64,000 bases of DNA from Plasmodiophora brassicae (GCA_036867785.1 CP145413.1:1240001-1304000), one strand, 5' to 3'; shown: positions 27,201 to 39,774, numbered from the stretch's first letter. Translations and numbers: made by a program. The notes: a model not told the origin generated them from the letters alone.

Positions 27201-30200
27201 CCCGTGCTGATGCGCAAGTGCTTCGTCATGAAATCGCTGGCGTCGTTGCCCGGTTACTCAGCCATTGCCGGCGTTCTTAACGAGGTCCTCCCGCTCGAGT
27301 TGGACGAAACGGAGGTAACAGCGTCGATGCCGTTTCTGGAACGGTTATCCAACTGCATCGTCATCATGCTGGCGCTGCTGCGGGTCTTCGTCAAGCGCAT
27401 CGGATCGACCATCATCATCATCGACGATGCGCTCCTGATGGATAAGCTCAGCTGGGGGTTCGCTCTTCGCGTCAGCTGCGATTTCACCAACGTCCTGTTG
27501 ATTCTGGGGACGCGCCCTGTTAACAAGAGCAACCTGGGCGCCTTCGACCTGGAGGTCCCCATGGATTACCTCGAGTTGCTGTCCCAGAAGACCACGTCGC
27601 GGTACGTTCTTCGCGCGCTGACCAACGAAGAGATTTACAACATTGGCGTGGAGACGCTCGGCGTGTCCAAACTGCCAAACACACTGGCCATCATCCTGCT
27701 CCAGCGATCGCACGGCAACCCGTTGGTCTGCAAGGAGCTTCTGTACTCGCTTCGCAAGAACGAGCTCATCGAGATCCGGACGGAGAAGAGCGGCAAGGTG
27801 TGCACGCTGTCGGACAAGTTCACCGACCTGTCGATCGTGCCTGTGCCGATCTGCCTGCAGAATATCCTCGGCTGCCGGATCGACCGGCTGGGGCACATCC
27901 ACGAGATCGCTCTGAAGGTCGCCAGCGTCATTGGCACCGAATTCCAGATGGACCTGCTGATGAAGACGTACCCGATCCTGGAACACGTGCCCAGCCTGCC
28001 GGACGTCATTGCCGATCTGTGCCAGCTGAACGTCTTCTGTGCCACGCATGTGTCGGCCGACGCCAACCCATCGCAGAACGTGTACCGGTTCGTCGACGGG
28101 TTCATGCGTGACGTGGCGCTGTCCAGGCTGATCGTCAGCCAGAAGCAATTGCTGATGGCGCGCATCAACGAGGCCAAGACGCGCAACACGCGCTTGACGA
28201 AACCGACCGATTTCCAGGTGCAAGGGTCCGTCAAGTTCAGCGGGTTCCTGCACATACGCAAGGCGCTGGACGCATCGAACGTCAGCTCGACGATGCGCAT
28301 GCGCATGGGCACCTGGAAGAAGCGCTGGGTCGTCCTGCACGAGAACAGCGTGTCGCTGTACTACCACCCGACGCACCCGCGCGTCCTGGGCGTCATCTTC
28401 CTGGACAGTGCCAGCGTGTCGATGCTGACCGATTCGTCGATCGGCCGCGACTACACGATCCAGATCCAGGCGCAGTACTGGATGAAGAAGGGCGTCACGC
28501 ACGACAGCAAGCGCCTGTTCTACATGGCGGCCGCCACCCTCGAGGACGCTCGCGTCTGGTCGTACAAGATCGCCGTCACCATCGAGAAGCAGCTGTCCGT
28601 TCGCGAGCGGCACGCCATTCAAGCGTCGTTGGCGTCCGACTCGCAGCGTGACACGACTGACCTCTGGACGCCCGAGTTTTCCCGAGGGCCACCTTCGCAG
28701 GCCTCGTCAGTATCAGCCGACGCGTCGTCGCAGTCCCCGCTCGTGCGCATGACGTCCCATTCGGTCCTGTTCAACGAGCGGAGCACGATGGAACGGACGG
28801 CGTCGTCGTCGAGCACGCCCTTGCTACCGCCAGGCGATGGGAGCACGGCCGCGCACACGTTCCGTTCCAGCCTGGCGAACTCGGTCCAGTACCTGTCGCG
28901 ACGCTTGAAATCGTCCAGCAGCGGGTCGATGTCCCGGCGGTCGATGTCGGCCATGAAGATGAACGGGCGCGTCAACAGCGCCGACATGGACCGGTCGGTA
29001 TCGGTGAACTCGTCGATCAGCGAGGTCGGCCAGCAGCGCGTGCCATGGCGCCCGACGCTCGACCTGGACCTGCTGCCCCTGGCGTCCGACCTGAAATCCG
29101 CTGTCAAGGCCTGGCTCTACCAGGGCGGTTCCTTCGTCACCACCGACGACAACAAGGGCGACGACGGCCTGCTGCGCCCGATCCTCAGCGACTCGGCGAT
29201 CAACAAGTCGGGCATAATGGAGGTGCTGGATCATCAGCTGACGGTGCCGCCTGGGGAAGACCCGAGATGGCGACGTCGCTGGCTGGCGCTCACGTCCGAC
29301 TCGCTCGTCATCACCGCTTCGCAGTTCGACGACGACGTCATGTTCGCGCTCAGCATCAGCCGGATCCGTCATCAGAAGGCGACCGAGAGGCTGACGTTCC
29401 ACGTGGAGTCCGACCTGGCGCTGGACGGCCCGACGCTCCTGTTCGGCAAGCCGACCGCGTTCTCGCTGCGGGCCGAGAACGATGCCACGTTCGCGTCCTG
29501 GTACGACCAGATCTCGCAGATGATCGACGAGGCGGTGCTGATGTCGGAGACGTCGCGTTCGGCGATCGCGCTGGACAACAGCGACCACGCCGGCACCGCC
29601 CTGTGCGACGTGGAAGACCGTTTCGCTGACTACCAGGTCTACGAGTCGAACTTGTTCGCCGACGCCGCCTCCCAGATCCTGCGGCGACTGAACGCGGAGG
29701 TCGGCGCCGACAACGCGAACGCGTCGTGGCCGGCGATTCGTCGCGAGCTGGACGCCCTGCAGAAGCTGATCGACACGTGCCGCAAGGTCGACCCGTCGTC
29801 GGCGCAAGCGCAGGCGCGACTGTCGCTGGGCGTATCCAAATTGGACAGCGGGTCGAGCATCGAACCGGAGACGAGCCTGTCGGCGACGCTGCAGAACGCG
29901 GACGCGGCCAACAGCACGATGGGCAGCGTGACGACGACGACGGCCGACCCGGAAATGTACCGGGACGGCGGCTGGCTCATCAAGATGATGGACGAGTGCG
30001 ACATCGATGATTCGACCAAGATGTGGCTGGCGCGTTGCTACACGCTGGACGGGCAGGAACAGCAACAGCGCCTGGCGTATGCGGTCGGCGGCGACCAGGC
30101 GATGCCCTCGCAGGGCAATGTGTCCGAGACGAGTTCGATCTGCATCAACGAGACCGACATGTCGTCCGAGGACGACAACATGTCGTACGACTATCGTCCG

Positions 30201-32042
30201 TCCATTGGCGGGGGCGACGGTGGCGATACGCCGCGCCGATGGGCGCTGGGTCGTTCCGTGTCGTTCGCCGAAGACGCTGTGTCCAGCGAAACGCTGTTCC
30301 AATGGGATTTCGACATCTTCTCGTACGAGAAGTCGCAGCTCAGCGGCGTCATCGCCCGGCTGTTCGAGGGCATGGACTTTGTCAACACGTTCCACGTCGA
30401 CCCGAAGGCCCTGTCGTCGTTCGTGTCCACTGTCAGCGAATCGTACCTGGACAACCCGTACCACAACCTGTTCCATTCCGTGGACACGTCGCAGACCGTC
30501 TGCTGTCTGCTGAAGACGTTCCACGCCAACGCGTACCTGACCAGCCTGGAGATGTTCGCCCTGCTGATCGCCGCCGCCTGCCACGACGTCGGCCACCCCG
30601 GCCTGAGCAACACGTACCAGGTGAACGCGTCGACCAAGCTGGCCCTGCTGTACAACGACCAGTCCGTCCTCGAGCACCACCACTGCGCCATGACGTTCCA
30701 CATCCTGAAGCGCCCCGGGTGCAACATCCTCAGCGGGCTGACGGAGCCCGAGTACCGGTCGGCGCGCAAGATCATCATCTCGTCGATCCTGTCGACCGAC
30801 ATGACCTGCCACTTCTCGCTGAGCGAGAAGTTCTCCAACCTGCTGCTGCGCCGCTCCGAAGACAGCGCGCGATCGGGCGGGCGTGCCGGTCGCGACACGA
30901 TATCGCCTTCCACGAGCCCGCACGCGTCGATCCTGTCGCCGACAGCCCTGTGCCCGTCGGATCGCGAGACGGTCGCCAACATGCTGCTGCACTCCGCCGA
31001 CATCAGCAACCAGTGCAAGTCGTGGCCGGTGGCGAAGCGATGGTCGGACTGCATCCTGATCGAGCTGTTCCATCAAGGCGACGTCGAGCGGGAATCGAAC
31101 CTGGCCCTGTCGCCGAACTGCGATCGGCACACGACGGACCGGCTGCAATTCACGTTGAACTTCATCGACTTTGTCGTCGCGCCTCTGTTCGTCTCCCTGA
31201 CGCACCTGCTCCCCGCCTGCGTTGTCACCTGCAACTCCCTGCGGTACAACCGCCTGCGATGGGACGCCGTCCTGCTGCAGAACATCGCCCAGTCGAACAT
31301 GTCGCCGGAGAAGAAACGGGAGGAGGAGCTGCGGTGGCGCCGGCGGATGGCGTCGTTCGACGAGATCCTCATGTTCGAGGTCGCCCCGCCCGACAAGCCG
31401 GACGCCAGCAAGGCGAGGAAGAGCAGCATGCAGCTGTTCGAGTCGTTCGTCAAGGCGAACTCCAGTTCGGGCGCGCTGCTCGCGTCGACGCGGGCGCGCA
31501 GCTCGTCGCCCCCGATCAAGGAATCGGCGCTGGAGCGCACCGTCATGCACCCGATCCTCGAGACGAAGCACCACTACCGGAGCAAGTCTGGGTCGTACTC
31601 GCTGGTCGAGAGCGACACGACGACCACCGGGGACGCGCCGGACGCGTCCCCGCTCATGACGTCCGGGTGCTACCCGCCGGCCGATCTGGGCCCGCCGCCC
31701 GAGCCGCCGTCCACCGGCCTGCCCGCTGGGGACAGCTCCAGCTCCCTCGACGACCTGATGCTGTCGTCGATGCCGATTGCAGTGGACGCCAACCCGCGTC
31801 CTGCACTGGGCCTGCGGACCAGCGCCGAGTCCGGCATCGGGACGCCGCGCACGATGACGACGCCCGCCTCGGTGGCCGGCAGGACGCCGGCGAGCAGCGA
31901 TAAGAGCACGCCGTCCAGCATGCCGTCGTCGTCGGCGTCGTCGGCGAACCGGACGCGTATGCGCTCCAGTTTCCTCGGCCTGGCCCGGTTCTGGGAGCGG
32001 AGCAGCGCAGCGAAATCGTCGACCGATAGCGGCAGGACCTAG
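24282..32042 (+). CDS. Multidomain soluble-type adenylyl cyclase - STAND NTPase - 2xPH - class I phosphodiesterase (~2586 aa, single exon)
   Basis: C1: FADVSGFT, KFAGDALL. C2: NKFLLDDKG, EYSVLGDVVNLSARLM, VKGK. NTPase: GEAGYGKS, IIIIDDA, GNPL. PH domains with WKKRWVVL and WRRRWLAL. PDE: YHNLFH, HDVGHPG, LYNDQSVLEHHH, ADISN. Confidence 0.92.
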   Translation: MDDEHDEALNDGEDAVAPEESAPVVAPGQKSSFASKISIDALCSYVPASIIRFLQENASSDKSHMVAPFRHSYETVVLFADVSGFTDLSERLAMKGREGSEQLAKHLNSYFEQLVRVIASQGGDVFKFAGDALLVLWPPSDDDLCTVTRRAVQSALEIQRKMHSAKLQEDVVLSVKLGIGVGTCSIVHVGGVLSRMEYLATGSPLIQAFASEHKAVAGQVVCSPEAWHIIKDHFAAQIIPSGHAFIDRCSDRLRKVGIVKTANLDIINDVHLIESISNYVPGAVLPFLNASEERWASELRHVAVIFANLGFTEAQLAKIASEETTNDLDRVQSVIFSVQTAIYQYEGSVNKFLLDDKGSTLLAVFGLPPVAHEDDSARAILASLVICNQLSKLGVVPAIGITTGTAFCGVVGSRSRREYSVLGDVVNLSARLMQYAKTQGGGVLVDHTTQYSARDCIAFEGLTSIMVKGKKDFVKVFSPIASSVAPHGIWNQHRNDKASTVARAATIVHSQHNPHAELSRTLAGGSTTPLSPATTSPTSTVPVDCTSMTLPQIPSLSNLWEKFPPRDAGEVSTITVERTINTGDWGPPKSDDSLRLGSSGAADVDVGASMTPAGGVTAPVDTSSGLPSSDPTAVSVGRGAGNVHRGGPGDDPPAPTVDDAAWLEHTKTWIEDDDDMHFEAPTPIFPAAVPASPQTPMSESEMWSRTMDRVAANAPLLSVLPQSRLNTSSFSSQRTLGSSSENASQDESTSPWEDGASSDYRLRSSDSHPPAPQFAADAPHPYKTARFQLQDRGYITLDVTRLQTVLQVKERLFESLHRKHFVAPNANMDQYALHIGDRNALLQNENVTLALLPRVISNMPGPMLDIVLTRKADFDEHLPGQDGVSAADVGMAISKAMQSLIRTRDRATIILEGEAGYGKSRLLSQVVREAPAYVLFRAANPLESKTPLGIWREFFMRLIDMEIANKSFDHPAEPVLMRKCFVMKSLASLPGYSAIAGVLNEVLPLELDETEVTASMPFLERLSNCIVIMLALLRVFVKRIGSTIIIIDDALLMDKLSWGFALRVSCDFTNVLLILGTRPVNKSNLGAFDLEVPMDYLELLSQKTTSRYVLRALTNEEIYNIGVETLGVSKLPNTLAIILLQRSHGNPLVCKELLYSLRKNELIEIRTEKSGKVCTLSDKFTDLSIVPVPICLQNILGCRIDRLGHIHEIALKVASVIGTEFQMDLLMKTYPILEHVPSLPDVIADLCQLNVFCATHVSADANPSQNVYRFVDGFMRDVALSRLIVSQKQLLMARINEAKTRNTRLTKPTDFQVQGSVKFSGFLHIRKALDASNVSSTMRMRMGTWKKRWVVLHENSVSLYYHPTHPRVLGVIFLDSASVSMLTDSSIGRDYTIQIQAQYWMKKGVTHDSKRLFYMAAATLEDARVWSYKIAVTIEKQLSVRERHAIQASLASDSQRDTTDLWTPEFSRGPPSQASSVSADASSQSPLVRMTSHSVLFNERSTMERTASSSSTPLLPPGDGSTAAHTFRSSLANSVQYLSRRLKSSSSGSMSRRSMSAMKMNGRVNSADMDRSVSVNSSISEVGQQRVPWRPTLDLDLLPLASDLKSAVKAWLYQGGSFVTTDDNKGDDGLLRPILSDSAINKSGIMEVLDHQLTVPPGEDPRWRRRWLALTSDSLVITASQFDDDVMFALSISRIRHQKATERLTFHVESDLALDGPTLLFGKPTAFSLRAENDATFASWYDQISQMIDEAVLMSETSRSAIALDNSDHAGTALCDVEDRFADYQVYESNLFADAASQILRRLNAEVGADNANASWPAIRRELDALQKLIDTCRKVDPSSAQAQARLSLGVSKLDSGSSIEPETSLSATLQNADAANSTMGSVTTTTADPEMYRDGGWLIKMMDECDIDDSTKMWLARCYTLDGQEQQQRLAYAVGGDQAMPSQGNVSETSSICINETDMSSEDDNMSYDYRPSIGGGDGGDTPRRWALGRSVSFAEDAVSSETLFQWDFDIFSYEKSQLSGVIARLFEGMDFVNTFHVDPKALSSFVSTVSESYLDNPYHNLFHSVDTSQTVCCLLKTFHANAYLTSLEMFALLIAAACHDVGHPGLSNTYQVNASTKLALLYNDQSVLEHHHCAMTFHILKRPGCNILSGLTEPEYRSARKIIISSILSTDMTCHFSLSEKFSNLLLRRSEDSARSGGRAGRDTISPSTSPHASILSPTALCPSDRETVANMLLHSADISNQCKSWPVAKRWSDCILIELFHQGDVERESNLALSPNCDRHTTDRLQFTLNFIDFVVAPLFVSLTHLLPACVVTCNSLRYNRLRWDAVLLQNIAQSNMSPEKKREEELRWRRRMASFDEILMFEVAPPDKPDASKARKSSMQLFESFVKANSSSGALLASTRARSSSPPIKESALERTVMHPILETKHHYRSKSGSYSLVESDTTTTGDAPDASPLMTSGCYPPADLGPPPEPPSTGLPAGDSSSSLDDLMLSSMPIAVDANPRPALGLRTSAESGIGTPRTMTTPASVAGRTPASSDKSTPSSMPSSSASSANRTRMRSSFLGLARFWERSSAAKSSTDSGRT

Positions 32043-32128
32043 CAGCGCGCATGCACAAATAAACCTGCCACCCACCCTGTTTCGCCGCCAACCGTTTGTT
32101 GCTCGCCGGACAGATGTAGGGGCGCGTT

Positions 32129-32728
32129 TCAGACGCGTTCGGAGATCCAGATGGCGGCCCGGCACCCGGTCTTGATGACGGTCGACAGCAGCTGGTAGGC
32201 GGGCGCGCGCAGCGCGTCGTGCTCGATGCCGATGTCGCGATGCTCCATCTCCTCGTCCCGGTGCTTCGCGACCAGGTGCCGCAGGTCGTCCTCCTTGTCG
32301 AATGCCGGCTGCATCAGGTCGCGCAGCTGGTCGTTGTAATGGCTGGCGATGACCTCCTCGACGGCGACCGTGCAGGCCATGGCGGCCTCCTTGCCGAGCA
32401 GCGCCGTGCCGAACCCGAGCGCGTACCCAGCAGCGCCCCAGATCGGCAGCAGGGCGCTGGGGCGCGCACGCCGCTCGGGCATCCGACGCTCCAGCGCCGC
32501 CAGGTGCTCCCGCTCCTGCTCCTTCATCTGGCGCAGCGTCGCCGACAGCGCCGGGTCGCCGCCCCGGCCCAGCACCGCCATCTGCCCGTCGTAGATCCGG
32601 ATGGCGCCGTACTCCCCGGCATGGTCGACACGCAGCATGCGGTCGATCGTCGCCCGGCGCGCATCGCCCCGCGCGTACGCAGGCGCCGCCGCCGCCGTCT
32701 GCACCGACCTGCGCCCCTGCCGCCACAT
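32129..32728 (-). CDS. COQ7: 5-demethoxyubiquinone hydroxylase COQ7
   Basis: RVDHAGEYGA..IYDGQ, EREH, AMACTVAVEEVI..HYNDQ and DEEMEHRD di-iron motifs; Arg-rich presequence. Confidence 0.95.
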   Translation of the reverse strand: MWRQGRRSVQTAAAAPAYARGDARRATIDRMLRVDHAGEYGAIRIYDGQMAVLGRGGDPALSATLRQMKEQEREHLAALERRMPERRARPSALLPIWGAAGYALGFGTALLGKEAAMACTVAVEEVIASHYNDQLRDLMQPAFDKEDDLRHLVAKHRDEEMEHRDIGIEHDALRAPAYQLLSTVIKTGCRAAIWISERV

Positions 32729-32787
32729 CGCCGGACAGAGTCCCGCACCGAACCGACACGATATCAAAATGGACTCGGATAGGTGAC

Positions 32788-32815
32788 GGGGGGAGGGGGA
32801 GATGGGGGAGGGGGG
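32788..32815 (+). other. Potential G-quadruplex motif
   Basis: G6-A-G5-AGAT-G5-A-G6 between the malic enzyme stop and the COQ7 start. Confidence 0.55.
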
Positions 32816-32911
32816 CGTTCTAGTGTGAAAACCCCAGCTGCAGCTGCCGCGTCGTCGACCACGGCTTGTCTGCACGCACCGGGCAGTCGCGACTCGCGAC
32901 CCCGTCGCCAG

Positions 32912-35554
<2,643 letters not shown>

Positions 35555-35902
35555 CACCAACGCTGGTGACGGGCGCGCCTCGACCCCCGTCACGTTAGCA
35601 AAAACGCCGAGGTCGTCACAGACGGGCGACATCGGCCTGCATCAGATCTCACCCCGTCATGCAGCAGTCGTTCCCTGCGGGCGACGTCGCCTGCGACTGC
35701 AGCACGCCTCCGTGGGCATGCTCCCCCCGTCAAAGGGGACACATCGATGATGCGTTTGCAGTTAGGCCAGTGGGAGAGAACGCCGGGCGCTCTTTGACGC
35801 CAAGACCTCTTCGTAGCTTCATCGAGCGCGTCACAACGCGTCACAACGCGCCATGGCGCAGCGTCGCGTAGCCAGCGCCGATCGTGCAGGGAAACGCGTC
35901 GA

Positions 35903-36190
35903 AGTTCGGCCTGGCCAGGGTGCAGACGACCTTCCCCTGCCTGGGACGGGCTCAGGTCTACTTCATGGATCCTGACGCGCAGACCGATGGCCTGCATCGT
36001 CTCGTGGATGATGTGGAGCGCTTCGCGATCGAGGTCGGGGAAGATGGCGGCGCGGCGATCAGACGTCTGCGCGTCAGGATCCATAAAGTAGTTCTGAGCC
36101 GGTCGTCGAACGCTTGCAGGGGACCGATCCATTGGTTCAGCAGGTCGTTGACGCCGAACGTATATACGCCATCGCGCATGCTGGTCAGGG
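35903..36190. repeat. Fold-back hairpin with near-perfect 34-bp stem
   Basis: 35951-35984 pairs with 36065-36098, with a perfect 20-bp core atggatcctgacgcgcagac. Pairing extends outward (tcccctgc/gcagggga, gttcggc/gccgaac). Confidence 0.9.
35985..36190 (-). mobile_element. Degenerate Helitron Rep/helicase N-terminal fragment
   Basis: Frameshifted translation DGVYTFGVNDLLNQWIGPL / AQNYFMDPDAQ..RRAAIFPDLDREALHIIHETM resembles the Helitron pattern GxYTFxxxG...HxIGxL...AQxYxxD....R......LD. Based on remembered motifs. Confidence 0.55.
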
Positions 36191-36317
36191 GCCTGGCTGC
36201 ACAGTGCACCACCTGGACCTCACAAAGTTGGCAGGAGCGACCGCGGAAACTGCGTCTGCGCGGTCCCTCGCCGCTGTGCGTCAGACAGACGGCGCTGCAA
36301 CAACGGCGTGACGCGTG

Positions 36318-37395
36318 ATGTTAATGCAGCCGGTACGGCGCCGGTCGACCCGGTTGTCGGCGAAGTCAGTGGCGGTCCGCGGAGAGGCGCCGGTGGTGGT
36401 GAAGAACGAGGTGGTCGTGTCGAGGTATTTCAGCAGCGAGCCGGCGCCGCCGCCGCCGGGGCGGATGCCGAAAAGGTTCATGGAGCAGTGGAATGGGATC
36501 CTGTCGATGCGGGCGGCGCGCGATGCTGATGTTGACAAGTACGGGGCCGAGGCGCTGCCCGCACCGGATGTTGACCCGAAGACCATGCGGTACCATGCGT
36601 TGATTGCTGTGGGCGGCCGTGTGCTCCATTTGATACCCGGATGGGCCTGAGCATGAAACTTCGATTGCAGGTCATGCTGAGCAGCCAGACCAGGGATCCA
36701 GTAACGGCGGCGGCTATGAGGCGATTACAGTGCTGCCCAGGGGGCCTGACCGTCGACAGCATCAACGCGATGCCTGAGGAGCAGCTCAGAGGTATGTTCG
36801 CGCTGACGCAGGCACGGAGGGCTCTAACGGCGTTGAATCATGCCTCATGCAGATTTGATCTTTGGCGTGTCGTTCTACAACCGGAAAGCGCATTATATCA
36901 AGGAAGCCACTAGAATTCTGTCCGAACAATACGATTCCGACGTCCCGAACGACCTTGACCTGGTCTGCGCGTTACCGGGTGTCGGCCAGAAGATGGCCAA
37001 GATCGCGCTTCGCATTGGCTGGGGGAACATCTGTGGCATATCTGTCGACACACATGTTCATCGCGTGTGCAGGTACCGAGGGCCAGTAGGGTCGTGGACG
37101 CATAACAGGCTCTGACGCGATAACAGGCGGCTCGGTTGGACGACGCCGAAAGCGACGACGCCGGAAAAGACGGCGGCCGAGCTGGAGAGCTGGGTCCCGC
37201 GCGAACTGTGGGATCAAGTGAACCTCGTCGTCGTCGGCTTCGGGCAACAGGTCTGCAAAGCGCCGTACCCTCTTGTAGGTTCTGCCCCGCGCTCAATCAT
37301 GTCTGAAGATCATGATGATGACGTTCCCATAGTGTAGTACATGTGCAATCCGTGAAATTTGTCCAAAGAATGGTGTCGGGTCGCGGAGGCGATAG
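36318..37395 (+). CDS. NTHL1: Endonuclease III-like DNA glycosylase
   Basis: MLSSQTRD, FYNRKA, LPGVGQKMA (HhH), VDTHVHR, GFGQQVC and a spliced C-X6-C-X2-C-X5-C 4Fe-4S motif. Confidence 0.92.
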
Positions 37396-37487
37396 TCGTA
37401 CACATATTCTCACCTGCTTTGCCTCTCCACGACCGTGTGGAATGCCTCACCTGTGTTTGGAGACGAATCCAGTGACCCGGATGGTGC

Positions 37488-38270
37488 CTATGACCTCGAA
37501 CGTGGAACACGGTGTTCACCCGTACGACTTGTGCATATCATGACGAAGCGCCTGTGGTCCAGGTGGTGGTACTCGTACCCTGCCAGGCGATCGTCGCTGA
37601 GCAACAGGTCGAATACGGCCGACCTGCCATGACGTGCGGCACCGTGCAATGCCTGTCCCTGGCAGGCGAGTGGCGAAGCGCGACCATCTCGCAGCAGGAT
37701 ACGGACGATATCGATCCTGCCGGCGGCGGCCGCCTCCCTCAACGCCTGGCTGGCACGAGCCGATGGATCGACGCGATCATCCTGGAGGAGGCATTCCACG
37801 ATGTCCACGAGGTTGCGAGCGCATGCCAGCACGAACGCCTCGTTGCGGTACGCCCCAGGGTCGGCACCTGGGCACGCCAGCCACGCGTTCAGGACGTCGA
37901 CACGAGGCAACTGCCAAAGGATCTCCGACAGGCGAATGAATTCGGCGGATCGATACGGGTCAGCGAAGCATGCAACGACCGTGCCCGCGTCCCGACGTCG
38001 CATGAATGCTCGAACCAGGACCGCGAGTGTCCGCTTGTCAGGGATGGGACGGCGTTCCCGAATGATGCTGGCAGCGACGCCCAGAGCGAACGGCGACACG
38101 CGCGTCCGACGCGGCCGGAATCCGCCCGCCTGCGTCAGGCGCTGCCGAACGGCCACCGTCGCGACGCGTCGCGCCGACCGCGACACGCTCGCGAGGCCTT
38201 GCAGGTCGTCGTCATCCGCGAACGATAGTACCGGATAGCGCAGGTCGTCTGGCAGCAGTTGCCCGACCAT
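37488..38270 (-). CDS. F-box-like plus ankyrin-repeat protein (single exon)
   Basis: N-terminal LPDDLRYPVLSF...DLQGLASVSR (F-box pattern); repeats AFVLACARNLVDIVECLLQDDRVDP, ALREAAAAGRIDIVRILLRDGR and ALHGAARHGRSAVFDLLL. Confidence 0.7.
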   Translation of the reverse strand: MVGQLLPDDLRYPVLSFADDDDLQGLASVSRSARRVATVAVRQRLTQAGGFRPRRTRVSPFALGVAASIIRERRPIPDKRTLAVLVRAFMRRRDAGTVVACFADPYRSAEFIRLSEILWQLPRVDVLNAWLACPGADPGAYRNEAFVLACARNLVDIVECLLQDDRVDPSARASQALREAAAAGRIDIVRILLRDGRASPLACQGQALHGAARHGRSAVFDLLLSDDRLAGYEYHHLDHRRFVMICTSRTGEHRVPRSRS

Positions 38271-38521
38271 GGTGACGATGATGCCGCGCTGGACAACGTG
38301 GCACCGTCGTCCTGTGCCCCGCAAGTTCCGCGTGAATTGCGCCGACTGGTGCTGAGTGCAGCTTGAACTACACAGCCTGCAGCTGTACAGCGGGTCGCAC
38401 TGGACGGTGGCTTGTCTGCCGAAAACGATTTTGGAACGTCCCGGAAAAAGACGCGCAGACGTTGACGAAGCGCACCCTCACTACTTCGTCATCAGACTAT
38501 ACCTCGCGTGCACACCCATCG

Positions 38522-39774
38522 ATGAAGGTGTTGGTGACGGGCGCGTTCGGGTTTGTGGGGGCGGCGCTGTGCCGGCACCTGGCGGACGACGGCCACGAAG
38601 TGTTCGCGTTGGCGCGCGGTGCCGATCGGGATCCGCCCGATACCAGGGTCCGCGTCGTGCGAGGGGACGTCACCAGCGCCGACGACGTTGACGCCGCCGT
38701 CACCGACATGCATGCCGTGTACGGCGTGGGCGTGCTGCTCGTCGTTGCCGTGTAATGCTTAGTAGTCGTGCAGGTTCCATCTGGCCGCGGTCATCTCTTA
38801 TTCGTCGTCGGATCGCGCGAAGATGTTCCATGTGAATGTTGGCGGTACTCGCCTGGTCGCCTTGGCGTGTATCAAACATGGTAACGACGGGAGGCGCGCA
38901 CGGTACCGGCGTTATAGTGTCTCATGTTACATAGGTTGCCGAATGATACACTGTTCCTCAATGGCATCCTGCGGGTTCAACTGGAGAGCCAGCGATGCGG
39001 TTCGCAACGAGCAGTCGACGTATAACCTGGCGGGTTACGCGCTCGGGTACTGCGAAAGTAAACTCGCCAGCGAGCGTGTCGTGCTCGAGTTGCACAAGGA
39101 GAAGGACCTAGACGTCGTCATTGTGAATCCGTGCAACGTGTATGGGTCGGGGGATGCGACCAAGTCGTCGCGACAAACGCAAGTGAAGGTCGCCCGAGGT
39201 CGTATGCCGTTTTACCCGCAGTCAGTGTGGCCTGAGACGCTACACGTTGCTGGTGATATCCTGACTGCCCCCGTCTGGTAGAGGCGGCGTTAATGTCGTT
39301 CACGTCGACGATGTTTGCAATGGGGTGGTACTGGCTTGGCGAAAGGGTGCGTCCGGTCAACGGTACCTTCTTGGTGGAGACAACATTACCATCAAGGCCA
39401 TGTTCGAAGTGATAGCTTCCACGGCCGGCGCGACGCCTCCACGATGGCCGCTCTTTGTGTTTCTCCAGCTGGCCTTGGGAAGACTGGGCCTCGTACCGCT
39501 GGAGAAGGTAACTCGCGCTGACCCGGATCTGTCGTTTGGCCATAGCTCACCTGTATGCCAGGTCGTCCCTGCGAATATGTTCTGCTGGTTCTCGAGTGCC
39601 AAGGCAGAATCGGAACTGGGCTACAGGCATCGCCCAGCGGCGGAAGCCCTTCGAGAAAGCACGCGATGGATGATGGCTAACTCGCCAAACGACGCGTCGC
39701 ATGGAAAGTCAGCTCAGGTGGTCACCGCTGCTGTCGTCCTGCTTGCTGTCGCGTGTGCAATATATTTCAATTAG
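38522..39774 (+). CDS. NAD-dependent epimerase/dehydratase (extended SDR, DFR/HpnA-like) with C-terminal TM
   Basis: MKVLVTGAFGFVG, FHLAA, YCESK (YxxxK), VNPCNVYG and a hydrophobic C-tail. Confidence 0.85.

Noticed and set aside
28824-32759. 1311-aa antisense ORF
   Set aside because: It is a shadow of the GC3-rich cyclase-PDE and COQ7 coding sequence, with no domain signal.
35826-35851. Tandem cgcgtcacaa repeat upstream of malic enzyme
   Set aside because: Only two short copies, too little to call a regulatory element or array.
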